A stretch of 64,000 nucleotides of DNA from an uncultured Verrucomicrobiae bacterium (GCA_963702845.1 OY969763.1:4064001-4128000); one strand, 5' to 3'; counted from the first letter of the stretch, positions 10,986 through 20,792 are shown. Notes: generated by a model not told the origin, from the sequence alone. Made by a program: numbers and translations.

Positions 10986-11089
10986 TGTCTCTTGCAGTAA
11001 GTTTGTCTCATATCTCAGGCAGCGCAAGGGTGAGACAACTCGCGATTTGTCTCAGCCTCCGGCACCCGGAGACAAGAGACACGGAGACA
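10986..11089 (+). repeat. GAGACA element copy R4 (diverged left arm)
   Basis: TGTCTCA TATCTCA-13-TGAGACA-10-TGTCTCA-13-GGAGACA AGAGACAC GGAGACA. Confidence 0.85.
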
Positions 11090-11117
11090 ACCGGGGCCTA
11101 CAGCCTTACATCACCGT

Positions 11118-11152
11118 TTGACTGGAAGCGCCCTTTTGTGGGATAATCCCAC
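11118..11152 (+). promoter_or_regulatory. Putative TA promoter with a palindromic operator over the -10
   Basis: TTGACT-N18-GATAAT; perfect palindrome arms GTGGGA-taa-TCCCAC at 11138-11152; ATG at 11154. Confidence 0.55.
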
Positions 11153-11153
11153 T

Positions 11154-11414
11154 ATGGCACAAGCCGTCACCATCGCGAAACATGACAAACGTAAACGATT
11201 GATCTTGCCGGACGATTTCGTGAAGGAAGCTCCGTACGGAGAATACATCATTCGCGAAGGCAAAGGACGCCTTTCCATCGTGGCCATTCCGCCACCGAAA
11301 GCTAAGCCGGCATACAAGGCCACACCGGCGTTGGAAAAAAAACTGCGGGAAGCCGCCAATTCGCCCGAGCTGGATTGTCCACCGGAGTTTTTCACTGAGC
11401 CCCTGGACGATTGA
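11154..11414 (+). CDS. Putative antitoxin (AbrB/MazE-like N-terminus, acidic tail)
   Basis: DKRKRLILP pattern; overlaps the downstream toxin by 4 nt. Confidence 0.6.
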   Translation: MAQAVTIAKHDKRKRLILPDDFVKEAPYGEYIIREGKGRLSIVAIPPPKAKPAYKATPALEKKLREAANSPELDCPPEFFTEPLDD

Positions 11415-11722
11415 AAGCCACGCTGACCAGGGTAGCCCGCGACGATTGGCGTAATATCCGACGCTATCTTCGTTCCAAATTCGGGCGGCAGGTTGAAATG
11501 TCTATTGCTCGCGAGGTCGCGGCCGCAGTGGAAGCTGTGACCCAAAATCCCCGGCGCGGGCATCCGATTGAATCAGCCGTCTTTCCGAATTTGCGCGGCA
11601 TCGTGGTGAAGAAATCACTGATCTGTTATCAAGCATTGCCCACACACATAAGAATCGTCCGGATCCTCGATATGCGCCAGAACACTTGGACCATCTTGAA
11701 AAAGCAACGACCGCCGGCCTAG
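11411..11722 (+). CDS. Type II toxin, RelE/ParE family
   Basis: T..A..D...I..YL, NP..G, LICY...IRIVRILD pattern; basic, 103 aa. Confidence 0.8.
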   Translation: MKATLTRVARDDWRNIRRYLRSKFGRQVEMSIAREVAAAVEAVTQNPRRGHPIESAVFPNLRGIVVKKSLICYQALPTHIRIVRILDMRQNTWTILKKQRPPA

Positions 11723-11726
11723 CCCG

Positions 11727-12137
11727 ATGGCATCATTTGAAGCACTTATGGCAACTTGGCCCCACGAACCAACTCTCCTCTCAGACGCTGAACGGAGTGC
11801 CTACAGAAATCTTTTGTATGACGCTATGTTGGATATCCGCAGCCTTTGTCGGTCTCGCGGGCGCGAAAGTCGAAATCCATTGGAGATCTGGCGTCAATAT
11901 CGTCGCAGCAGACTTGCTGGCGAGCTAGCAGACTGGTTGCACAATCTGGCACAGCACTCTGCCATGGGTTTGACAGAATTGGATACGGAGTGGTTTTGGC
12001 GTGAGTATGATGGCCTTTGCCGACGACATCCGGAGTTTCGTCCGGGTGCGTGGATGGACTACAAAGAACGATATCAAAGGCATCTTTCCAGAATCGGAGT
12101 GGCTAAGCAGAACACCTCCAGCGGACAAACGGGCTGA
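11727..12137 (+). CDS. Hypothetical protein (136 aa)
   Basis: Co-oriented ORF starting 5 bp after the toxin and ending 12 bp before R5. Confidence 0.6.
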   Translation: MASFEALMATWPHEPTLLSDAERSAYRNLLYDAMLDIRSLCRSRGRESRNPLEIWRQYRRSRLAGELADWLHNLAQHSAMGLTELDTEWFWREYDGLCRRHPEFRPGAWMDYKERYQRHLSRIGVAKQNTSSGQTG

Positions 12138-12148
12138 TCGAAAGAATC

Positions 12149-12190
12149 TGTCTCATCCTCCAGCACCCGGAGACAGGAGACACGGAGACA
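12149..12190 (+). repeat. GAGACA element half-copy R5
   Basis: TGTCTCA TCCTCCAGCACCC GGAGACA GGAGACAC GGAGACA; 39/42 identical to the right half of R4. Confidence 0.85.
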
Positions 12191-12286
12191 TTTACGGCGT
12201 TGATCCACCAACCCGATAGAAATACTGAAGTCCTAAAGTCGCAGCCGCCGGGCTCTCCAATGCCTCGGCGGCCACGAATGAATTAA

Positions 12287-12688
12287 CTATTGATCAGACG
12301 GAGGACGCTGTTGTCCACCGGGAGGATGACCGCCTCCGGCACCGCCAGGTCCGCCGGGGCCACGACCTCCTCGAAATTGGCTGCGCATGTCTTTGAGTTT
12401 TTGTTTCTGCTCGTCAGTCAAAATCTTATCGAGCTTATCCTTCGTTTCCTTTTCCAGGTCGGCAACTTGCTTCTTTTGATCGTCAGTCAGGTTCAACTGA
12501 TCTTGAACGAAAGGCGGGATGACATGAAATCCGCCGGGTTGCATTCCGCCAGGACCGCCACCTTGTTTGTGACCGGGACGTTGTCCGCCAGCCCCAGGAG
12601 CGCCGGGTGCCTGATTGTCGGGCTGAGCTGAGAGCAGGCACGTCGATGCGCCGAGTGCCAACGCGATGAGCATACTTTGTATTTTCAT
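12287..12688 (-). CDS. Secreted Gly/Pro-rich protein, Spy/CpxP-like (LTxxQ repeats)
   Basis: Signal peptide; LNLTDDQKKQ and ILTDEQKQKL. Confidence 0.65.
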   Translation of the reverse strand: MKIQSMLIALALGASTCLLSAQPDNQAPGAPGAGGQRPGHKQGGGPGGMQPGGFHVIPPFVQDQLNLTDDQKKQVADLEKETKDKLDKILTDEQKQKLKDMRSQFRGGRGPGGPGGAGGGHPPGGQQRPPSDQ

Positions 12689-14013
12689 TTTGTTCCTTCG
12701 TTGCTGTTTTTCTCGGCGCCCGCCGTCTGCATCGACGCGATGCAGTAAAGACTCCGGTTGGAGCGCAGAAAGAGTGCATCACCAGCGAACGCCGGTGTGC
12801 CGTTGAAATCGGAATCGTCGAGGGCTTTGTTGTGCGCGACGAGTTTGAAATCTGATTTGGCTTCGTAAACAAAAGTGCCGGCACGACGGCTGACTGCATA
12901 AATATTTCCATTAGCCAATACGGTTGAAGCGTAGAATGGCTTGCCACGACCGCCGGAAGACGCGCCGGGTAAACGTTCCTTGTAGATGAGGTTGCCGTCT
13001 TTGGCATCGAGGCAAATGGCAAAGCCCTGGTCGGTGGCAACGCACAGTCGTCCTTCAGAAAGGACCGGCGATGGCACATACGATGCGTTCTGTTTTTGCC
13101 ACAGAATATTCGTCGAAGTGACATCGCCTTTGCCTCCAGAACGGACTGCGGCTGTGATCTGGCTGGGAAAACCGCCAGTGAGATAAATCATGTCGCCATT
13201 GACCACGACACTTGGAGCGACGTTGCCCGTGACCCGCGTCGTCGCAAACCATCGCAGCTTGCCATTTTCCGGATTCAACCCCCACAACTCGCCCAGTACT
13301 GGCATGATTAAATCCGTGCGGCCATTGACGGTTGTGAATGCAGGCGTGCTGTAAGATTGTTCGAGAGAATCGGCATCCTGTTTCCAAACCTGTTTGCCGG
13401 TCAACTTGTCGAACGCACGAATAGAACGGCTTTCTTCGGAGGCATTGATGATGACCAAATTCTTGTAAAGAGATGGACTCGAAGCCGAACCCCAGCGTTT
13501 ATTGCTGGATTCGTGACCGACGTTAACGCGCCACATTTCTTTGCCGGAAAAATCGAATCCAAGCACGCCGGTCTTGCCGAAGAATACATAAACGTGTTCG
13601 CCATCCGTCACCGGCGTGCTGCTGGCGTAACCGTGTTCGGTCAACATCCCGGAGTAAGGATCTTCGGGAAGTTCCGCGGCGACGGCTTTGTCCCAATTGA
13701 TTTTGCCCGTCGCGCGATCAAGGCAGATGAGATGTCGCTGCAGTTTGTCCACGGACCCGCCGTCATCGCCGTATCCGGAAAAGCAGGTGATGAAAAGGCG
13801 ATCACCAAAAATGATCGGGCTGGATGAACCGCCACCAGGGAGGTCGAGCTTCCACTTGATGTTTTCCCTGTCGCTCCAGGTCACGGGCGGATGTCCGCTG
13901 CGCGACACGCCGTTGCCGTCAGCACCGCGAAAGGCCGGCCAATCGGCACCCAGTGCCAGTGTTGTTTTTAGCAGCCATCCTGCCATTACGACTGCGATTG
14001 TGACCTGTTTCAT
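12685..14013 (-). CDS. PQQ-binding-like beta-propeller protein
   Basis: DWPAFRG, SSPII.GD, ASSTPVTDG, YSTP and FNGTPA...LFLRS repeats. Confidence 0.85.
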   Translation of the reverse strand: MKQVTIAVVMAGWLLKTTLALGADWPAFRGADGNGVSRSGHPPVTWSDRENIKWKLDLPGGGSSSPIIFGDRLFITCFSGYGDDGGSVDKLQRHLICLDRATGKINWDKAVAAELPEDPYSGMLTEHGYASSTPVTDGEHVYVFFGKTGVLGFDFSGKEMWRVNVGHESSNKRWGSASSPSLYKNLVIINASEESRSIRAFDKLTGKQVWKQDADSLEQSYSTPAFTTVNGRTDLIMPVLGELWGLNPENGKLRWFATTRVTGNVAPSVVVNGDMIYLTGGFPSQITAAVRSGGKGDVTSTNILWQKQNASYVPSPVLSEGRLCVATDQGFAICLDAKDGNLIYKERLPGASSGGRGKPFYASTVLANGNIYAVSRRAGTFVYEAKSDFKLVAHNKALDDSDFNGTPAFAGDALFLRSNRSLYCIASMQTAGAEKNSNEGTK

Positions 14014-14101
14014 AACGTTCTAGAGATATAGACGGATTGAAGTGTTAAGGTTTGGTTACAGTTACAAACTAAATTGTAAAGGAATGGTAAAGTTTCAGGC
14101 T

Positions 14102-15190
14102 CTAAGCGCTGACAAACGGTAATTCGACGATTTTCGCTGTGGAATCGCCGGCGCTGGTTCGAACGATAAGTTCTTCGTCCGTTTTATTTACTTCTTTGCG
14201 GACGTATCCGAGGGCGATATTGGCGTTCAGCATAGGGGAATGAGCCGCGCTCGTGATATAGCCCACTTCTTTGTCGTTCTTGAAAAGTTTGTCGCCTTTC
14301 AAGGGGAGCTGCTTCAGATCCGCGAGACGAAGCCCACGCAACGATTTGGCCACCTGACCGTATGTGCGAATGCGCGCGATGACTTCCTGACCGATGTAGC
14401 AACCTTTGCTGTAACTGATCGCGCGACTCTCGATGGCTTCGGGCGCGAGATTTGTTTCGTCCATGTCGACGCCAAACCGTGGAATACCGGCTTCGATGCG
14501 TGCGATTTCGAATGCCTGCCAGCCACAAGCACGCCCTCCGGCGGATTTTGCTGCAGCGATGGCCTTGTCGGCCACGGCAGCAATCGCGGCGGACGGAACA
14601 AACAAATCGAAACCAGCCATGCCGAGGCGCGGCTGATTGATCACATAAATCTCACCAAGGTTGCCGTCCTGAACGGAACTAAGCGTGAACGGTTTCGCGG
14701 GAATTGTTAAACCGAGTTGCAGGCTTTCCACCACAGCCGCTGCTTTCGGACCTTGAACGCTAAGTAATCCGTAATGCGGCGTAACGTCCACCATCTGGAC
14801 ATCGTCGGCGATCACATATTTTTCGAGCCGATCTTTTATCGCGTCGGAAAGGCCCGGCTCGAAGTCCAAAAGAATTTCGTTCGCCAAACTATAAACATTC
14901 AGGTCGCTTTGAATCCGACCTTTCGCCGTAACCAGCGCGGCGTAACAACCTTCGCCGGTTTTCAGCGCCTGCACATTGTTTGTGACCTGGCCATTGATAA
15001 ATTTCTGACGGTCGGCCCCAAGCGCACACAAGCGGCTGCGGAAGCTCAGATCAATGACGCCAGCGGTTTCACGCAACGCACGATACTCAGCCAGTACGTC
15101 GCTGTAATCTGCCACGACTTCCTTGCCGCTCGCTTCGGTGAAGCGCGCATGCAATCCCTCGTGAAATTCGTGCAGTGCTAGAGGATCCAT
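14102..15190 (-). CDS. ygfZ: YgfZ/GcvT-family folate-binding protein
   Basis: KGCYIGQE signature on a GcvT-type N-terminus. Confidence 0.85.
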   Translation of the reverse strand: MDPLALHEFHEGLHARFTEASGKEVVADYSDVLAEYRALRETAGVIDLSFRSRLCALGADRQKFINGQVTNNVQALKTGEGCYAALVTAKGRIQSDLNVYSLANEILLDFEPGLSDAIKDRLEKYVIADDVQMVDVTPHYGLLSVQGPKAAAVVESLQLGLTIPAKPFTLSSVQDGNLGEIYVINQPRLGMAGFDLFVPSAAIAAVADKAIAAAKSAGGRACGWQAFEIARIEAGIPRFGVDMDETNLAPEAIESRAISYSKGCYIGQEVIARIRTYGQVAKSLRGLRLADLKQLPLKGDKLFKNDKEVGYITSAAHSPMLNANIALGYVRKEVNKTDEELIVRTSAGDSTAKIVELPFVSA

Positions 15191-15193
15191 AGG

Positions 15194-15925
15194 TCAGTCG
15201 TTGGCGTTCATGAACTCGCGCACAAAATCATTCGTTGGCTGTTCACGAATTTGCTGCGGCGTTCCGATTTGTTCAATACGTCCCTGCCGCATGACGGCGA
15301 TGCGATCGGCCAATGAATTCGCCTCATGTTGATCGTGCGTGACATAAAGAAACGTAGCATCAACGCGTTCGCGTAGCTTTCTAATTTCTTTTCGCAACTG
15401 CGCGCGCATCGGTGAATCCAGATTGGAAAGCGGTTCATCGAACAGAAACACTTTCGGTTTGCGCACCATCGCCCGACCGAGCGCAACACGCTGGCATTCA
15501 CCACCGGAAAGCGTCTCCGGTTTTCGGTTCAGTAATGATGTCAGGCCGAGCATCTCTGCAGCTTCGTTGACGCGCTGGAGTATCTCCGCTTTCGCGAATT
15601 TTCTAAGCATCAGACCGAACCCAATGTTTTCCGCAACGGTCAGGTGCGGAAAGAGCGCGGGAGATTGGAACACCATCGCGATATCGCGGTCTTTAGCTGG
15701 CGTGCCGTTCAACACACTGCCATTTAATGAAACGCTGCCGCTGTCGGGCGCTTCGAGACCAGCGATCGTCCGCAGCATCGTTGTCTTTCCGCAACCTGAC
15801 GGACCAACAACTACGAGAAACTCGCGATCAGCAACGACAAGGTCGAGTTCGCGAATGGCGTGGACAACCTCTCCGCGTTTACCGCGGAACGATTTGGTCA
15901 CTTTATCGAAACTGATACCGGCCAC
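15194..15925 (-). CDS. ABC transporter ATP-binding protein (MalK-like core, no C-terminal regulatory domain)
   Basis: GPSGCGKT, LSGGECQR, FDEPLSNLD and YVTHD motifs. Confidence 0.85.
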   Translation of the reverse strand: MAGISFDKVTKSFRGKRGEVVHAIRELDLVVADREFLVVVGPSGCGKTTMLRTIAGLEAPDSGSVSLNGSVLNGTPAKDRDIAMVFQSPALFPHLTVAENIGFGLMLRKFAKAEILQRVNEAAEMLGLTSLLNRKPETLSGGECQRVALGRAMVRKPKVFLFDEPLSNLDSPMRAQLRKEIRKLRERVDATFLYVTHDQHEANSLADRIAVMRQGRIEQIGTPQQIREQPTNDFVREFMNAND

Positions 15926-15971
15926 AACGCGGACTCTAATTCGGGAGGATAAGTTACACGAGTCTCTAATT

Positions 15972-16090
15972 TGTAGCGCAGGCCTCCGGGTCTGCTGTAT
16001 CGCAGGTTTCTAAACCTGCGTTTCTTGGAGTCATCAATGACAGCCGATTTGGAAACCGGCGATACAGCAGGTTTGGAAACCTGCGCTACG
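15972..16090. repeat. GTAG-type REP doublet
   Basis: GTAGCGCAGG...CCTGCGCTAC outer IR with inner CTGCTGTATCGC/GCGATACAGCAG. Confidence 0.7.
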
Positions 16091-16095
16091 AACTG

Positions 16096-16485
16096 CTATT
16101 CGAGCTTATGCGGATACTGAGCGTTTGCGCCGCCGATGTTGCACACGGTTTGCGCATCGACTTGATTCGGATTGTAGCTCGTCGCGAATGTCGCGGCCGA
16201 ATCGTTTGGGCAAGTCGGCAATTGGCCGCCTGCTGTATGGCCGATGTATGGCTGCAAGTCCGCGCCCGTTGGCGAATCTCCTGAACTCTTTTTTGCCTCC
16301 AACGCCCACATTTGCTTGGCGCCGTCGATAATCCTCAGGTTGTTGATGCATGACGTTGCTTGCGCCTTTTGTCGAGCATTAACGAAGTTCGGAATGGCAA
16401 TGGCGGCCAACATGCCAATGATCGCGACAACGATCATAATTTCGACGAGTGTGAATCCTGCGAGTTTTCTGGTCTTGGTTTGCAT
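16096..16485 (-). CDS. Type IV pilin-like protein (ComGC-like)
   Basis: G|FTLVEIMIVVAIIGMLAAIAIP prepilin cleavage/methylation motif. Confidence 0.9.
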   Translation of the reverse strand: MQTKTRKLAGFTLVEIMIVVAIIGMLAAIAIPNFVNARQKAQATSCINNLRIIDGAKQMWALEAKKSSGDSPTGADLQPYIGHTAGGQLPTCPNDSAATFATSYNPNQVDAQTVCNIGGANAQYPHKLE

Positions 16486-16778
16486 ACGGTTCTCCTTTGC
16501 GAATGCGGCGTGGACACGACAAGGGACGGGTTATGATGAATACAGGGTGTCCACGGTATTGTCTCCTTGTCTCCGCGTGTGTCGGATGAGCACCTGTTGA
16601 TCGGCTTCGTGCCGGTCCCCTGCTCTTCCGACCTCGTAGAATTGAACACCGTCACATTTGACAAGTTGCGCGGGCTGATGCGGTCGACGTGAAGCAGTCT
16701 TGAAAAACTTGATTGCTGTCGCGGAATTTGCAATGTTAGACAGACGTTGCTAATGAGCCGATGCTTGTTGGCACAAAT

Positions 16779-16853
<75 letters not shown>

Positions 16854-17056
16854 ATTTTTTTAACGACGAAATATGCAACCTGATTTGTCACTGTGGGGAA
16901 TTTATACGATGCCGCTCGGCCTCGCGATTTGCTTTGGCCCCGTGCTCATTGCGTGGCTCATCGACGAGACGTAATACCCGCAAGAACGATAAGAGCAACG
17001 ACAAGCGCTAAGCGCGAGTCCCCTGCCCGCCCCCCTCCGCCTCGTTACTTCGGCGG

Positions 17057-19341
17057 CTACATCACTGCAACCTCGTCCACGGTGCAACGCAAAGTGAAGC
17101 GGTCTTTAAATGGCGTGATGTCCATCGTTCCGCTGATTGTTGATCGGCACACGCACACCTTCTACGTCGGCACTTCGTAAGACGTAATTCGTCCGGCAGC
17201 CTGAATCCTGCAGTAACGATCTGTTTGGGCGGATTGCGCATCGGCGGTCTGATGTCGGCAATCACCTGACCGCTGCTCACCTTCGAATAAATTCTCGCAG
17301 ACACTTCGCCAAAGGCTGTTGGAGCGCGTTCGATTTTGATTTCCTGACCGTCGGCCAGCCAACGACGCGGAGTGTCGAACATCAATCGCAACGTCTCGGG
17401 TTTGCCGTCGTCGTTGAGGTCGAGGTCCTGGACGAGCATGTCGCGCAGTGTCCAAAGAAAGAATGCGTTGGCGGAACTGTTCGGCGGGAGATACATGGGA
17501 CGACCGAATCCATCCAGAGCTTTGAGACTGCTACCTTCGCCACCAATGAAAGTGTCGCGCGTCATGCCCTGGGCCATCTTGCCGTAAAAGGCGGTGAGAA
17601 CGCCGTCGACGTCGTCACGTTCGGCGAGTTTATCCACGTAACGAAGACTGTAGAGATCATCGATGCCTTTTTCATTCGCGAACAAACCGGAGTGTTGGTC
17701 GAATCGAATCATCCCCATGCAAATGCCACCGTGCTTCTGTAAATAATTAATGAGCCATGTTTCGCGCTCGTCGCCCGGCCCGAAAATGCCAGAACCGATC
17801 ACATACGGGGCCATCAAATTCCAGTAGCTGCCCATTTTCGTTGCGGTGATCGGATCATACGGCGCTTCGTTGCCGTAAAGAGACAGCGGAATGAAAGGCG
17901 GCGTGATCGTGTCATCAATGCTTTTGTCCACCGCGGTGGAAATTGCTTTCCTAAAATCGCGCGCGATATTCGCGATGTGCTCGCCGTCTTCACGGTCGCC
18001 CATATCAATGAGAATGGCCGCGATATCGCGCAGACCACGCCAACCGTTAGCATTCGAGTTGAGAGAGTAGATGCGATCAAAAATGTCACCGGCATATTGT
18101 TCCTTCGGAAGGATTCCGGTTTTTGGTTCGCGATTCGTGCTCAGGAGATCGACCTCGCGTTGCCATTCGACCTTGTGATCGCGAATGAAACCGGAATCGC
18201 GAGTGAGCCAATAGTAGTGCGCGAGCATTTGCAGTTTGAAGGCGGCCTGGTGGAATCTCAGACTATAATTGCCATTCGTGCGTGAATAGTTCAGCAGCGG
18301 CACGATCATGCGCCGAGTGTCCTTCGTGTAGCCATACATCATGAGGGCACGAACCGTGTCGCCGGATTCGGCTTCGTAAAGACGTTCATAGCCGTTGCCG
18401 TGGCTGTAATTGGCGTTGTCGCCTTTCATCAGCATGTAGTTGCCGATGATTTGAGCGCGCCAGGCGTTGTTGACGAGTTGCTCAGGAACGCTCAACGACA
18501 TGCCGCTTCGGATATACGACTCCCAAAGGTTTACGCAACCGCGCCGCTGCTCATCATACGACCCAGGCAGATCAGCCATCCGCACCGGTTGAGCCATCGG
18601 CTGGCAAGCGATCGCAAGATACGCGTATTCGCCGAGCAGCAGCTTGGTCGTTAACGCATTTTTTGTCGGGTCCCATTGCCACGATTTGTCGAACCACACC
18701 CAGGCGTAGCTATTGCCGTTGCGGACGGCGCCGTCGCTGACTGTAAATTGACCATTCGGAGCGAGCGCAGCGGTAATTTTCGCTTCCGCATTGGTTGGGT
18801 TTTTAAATCGGACAAAAACAACACCGCTGTCTGACAACACGCTTTGAACGGATGCAAACACCTCTTCTTCGTAAGTGTGACCTTTGTGATTGTAGCTGAA
18901 GCTGACAATCGGCAAGTAACCGCGGTCGTAAGCCGGGCCTGTAAGAGTGCTCAAGTCTGCGCCGAATTCAGCATCGTCGTCGCCCACTTTGAATGTGATC
19001 GGCAAGCCGTAATCCTTCCATGCCCTTTTCGAGGCGAGTGCGTTGATGGCGCTGCCGTTGGAAACAAGGCGCGCTTTCAGCGGTGCATCGGGAGCGCTGA
19101 GCACGATTGGATAATATCGGAATGCCGCATCGACATAGCGCAATGGTGGCATTAGTTGACTGAAGAATTCGTAACTCGGCCCGCCGGGTTGATGCACCGC
19201 AATGCTCCCCCAGAAATCCTCCTTGGCTTGCAGAGCAATGTCTACATTGCGGACCGCCGCGGGCAGGTTGGTCTGCGCAAACATGCGGGTGGAGAGTGAA
19301 AGCAAAAAGACAACCGTCAGAACGTGAGTCAAACGCACCAT
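17057..19341 (-). CDS. Large secreted protein, probable (alpha/alpha)6-barrel glycoside hydrolase-like; C-terminal frameshift(s) near 17.1-17.2 kb
   Basis: Signal peptide MVRLTHV...FAQ; C-terminal PRRWL.DGQ.I.IERAPT.FG.VS pattern typical of such enzymes. Confidence 0.6.
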
Positions 19342-19578
19342 GAATACAGCAACGTAATCTCGTCGCCCCATGGTTTTCAAGTGTGGCAACTTGCGCGTTT
19401 CGGGCTCGTCGAGCAGACATGCAAAACACGTCTCGCGCAGATACCGGCGACAACACCTCTCCGAGCTCTTCCCCAGCGGCACTAGTGAAATCGAAATGTT
19501 GTTGTTCGGTCATGATTGCTGATTTTGCGAACGTTTCTACCGTATCCGAAATCTTTTTCCCGATCACGCAGAACCACC

Positions 19579-19968
19579 TCAATCCTTCCCGCCCCAGAAA
19601 TCGTTCATCCAACAAGTCGTATAAACTTCGCAAACACGATTGCTCGCATCAAAAAACACGGTGTGATATTTCCGCATCCCCTTGCGGTCGACGCCACCCT
19701 GAGCATAAAGCCACACCATACCGTTTGGCCGCATATCAGCATCGCTCACCGGATGCCCTTCCTCCGCCATCTGGTCAGCGCCTTCGATAAAATTCGTGGA
19801 GTCCACCATCCTGAATGGCTGACCGAAAGCGGCCAAAACATCGTTTGTCGTTCCTGAATAAAACTTAGGCTGCTCCTTGTTCCTCGCTGGCTCTGAAAAT
19901 AAATTCACATAAACACCCAGAGCGAGGAACGCAACAAATGCAGCCATCATTCGAGCTTGAAAGTTCAT
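19579..19968 (-). CDS. Hypothetical exported protein
   Basis: Hydrophobic N-terminus; V...FGQP...WLY pattern. Confidence 0.55.
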   Translation of the reverse strand: MNFQARMMAAFVAFLALGVYVNLFSEPARNKEQPKFYSGTTNDVLAAFGQPFRMVDSTNFIEGADQMAEEGHPVSDADMRPNGMVWLYAQGGVDRKGMRKYHTVFFDASNRVCEVYTTCWMNDFWGGKD

Positions 19969-20699
19969 TAAATATTAATGACCGAATTCTTCGTTAGTCC
20001 CCCGCGCGTTTCTCTTCCTCTCGCGAATAAGTCAAAAGGAGACTGTCAAACCAATGCAAATAGCACCAAAAGTGCCATTCCCATAAACGTTTTCCATGCC
20101 CCGGCGAATTCAACGAAGCTTTTGGACTGCGCCAGCCCTCTGGCGCTTTTGCACAGTTAAAACGATCTTGAAAACCCGCACGACCACCGGATCCCCAACC
20201 GAAGGCAAAATTCTTTCTTGTGCCTTTTGCGCCTTTTTGCGGACATTCGTTTGCGATCCGCTTCACACTTTACACAATTATCGTCTTCATGTAGTAACTG
20301 CTATGTGCTGCACGCAAGTGCCTTGCATCGGAATGCAAAACACTACTGCCGCTAAGGGGTCAAAAACAGCATGGTTTCAATCTGTGTTTCAGGGTGAACT
20401 CGAAACCTGCAACCAAAGCGCTGAAAAGCGTGAAAAACCGCAAAAGTTGCGAATTAGCTCTCCGAGGAAGGTTGCGGATGGGAGCGGTTAGTTGTGGTTT
20501 AAAAAAGAATTTTTTAAAATAGAAGTTCAGATGTCACGAGTGCCAATAAGTAAGAGGCTATCCGTGCTATCCGTGGCCCGGATGCCCGGCGCGGCCATTC
20601 TCCCTCTCCACACGCGAGGACGAGAGAGCCAAGGAGGGGACGCCAAAAGCTCGTCACGCGACTAAGGCTGACAGCCCTCTCTGGTCAACCAATTTACTG

Positions 20700-20728
20700 T
20701 TGACCGTCCGCCCTGCAGTTGCTACTTT
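20700..20728 (+). promoter_or_regulatory. Sigma70-type promoter of the ilv leader
   Basis: TTGACC-N17-TACTTT, 7 nt upstream of the leader ATG. Confidence 0.55.
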
Positions 20729-20735
20729 CCGCGCG

Positions 20736-20792
20736 ATGAATATTCGGGCCAATATCGTGCTGCAGGTTGTTCGCGTAGTCGTAGTTGACTAA
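20736..20792 (+). CDS. ilv attenuator leader peptide MNIRANIVLQVVRVVVVD
   Basis: 18-codon ORF with 10 Ile/Leu/Val codons upstream of ilvN-ilvC. Confidence 0.8.
   Translation: MNIRANIVLQVVRVVVVD

Noticed and set aside
6351..12190. GAGACA repeats as a CRISPR array
   Set aside because: Units are about 93 bp, in mixed orientation and separated by gene-sized intervals; no cas genes are present.
6351..12190. Prophage or complete integron
   Set aside because: No integrase, structural or packaging genes, no intI/attI, and only one attC.
16560..16575. TGTCTCCTTGTCTCC as a sixth GAGACA element
   Set aside because: Only two motifs with no opposing arms or conserved spacing; better explained by the pilin leader or chance.
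16583..16632. SAM-I-like riboswitch (AAGAG..GGGAC.GGC..GAAGCC..CAAC..GGTGC)
   Set aside because: Resemblance is superficial: too short, no AUC/GAU P1 helix, and the downstream gene is unrelated to sulfur metabolism.
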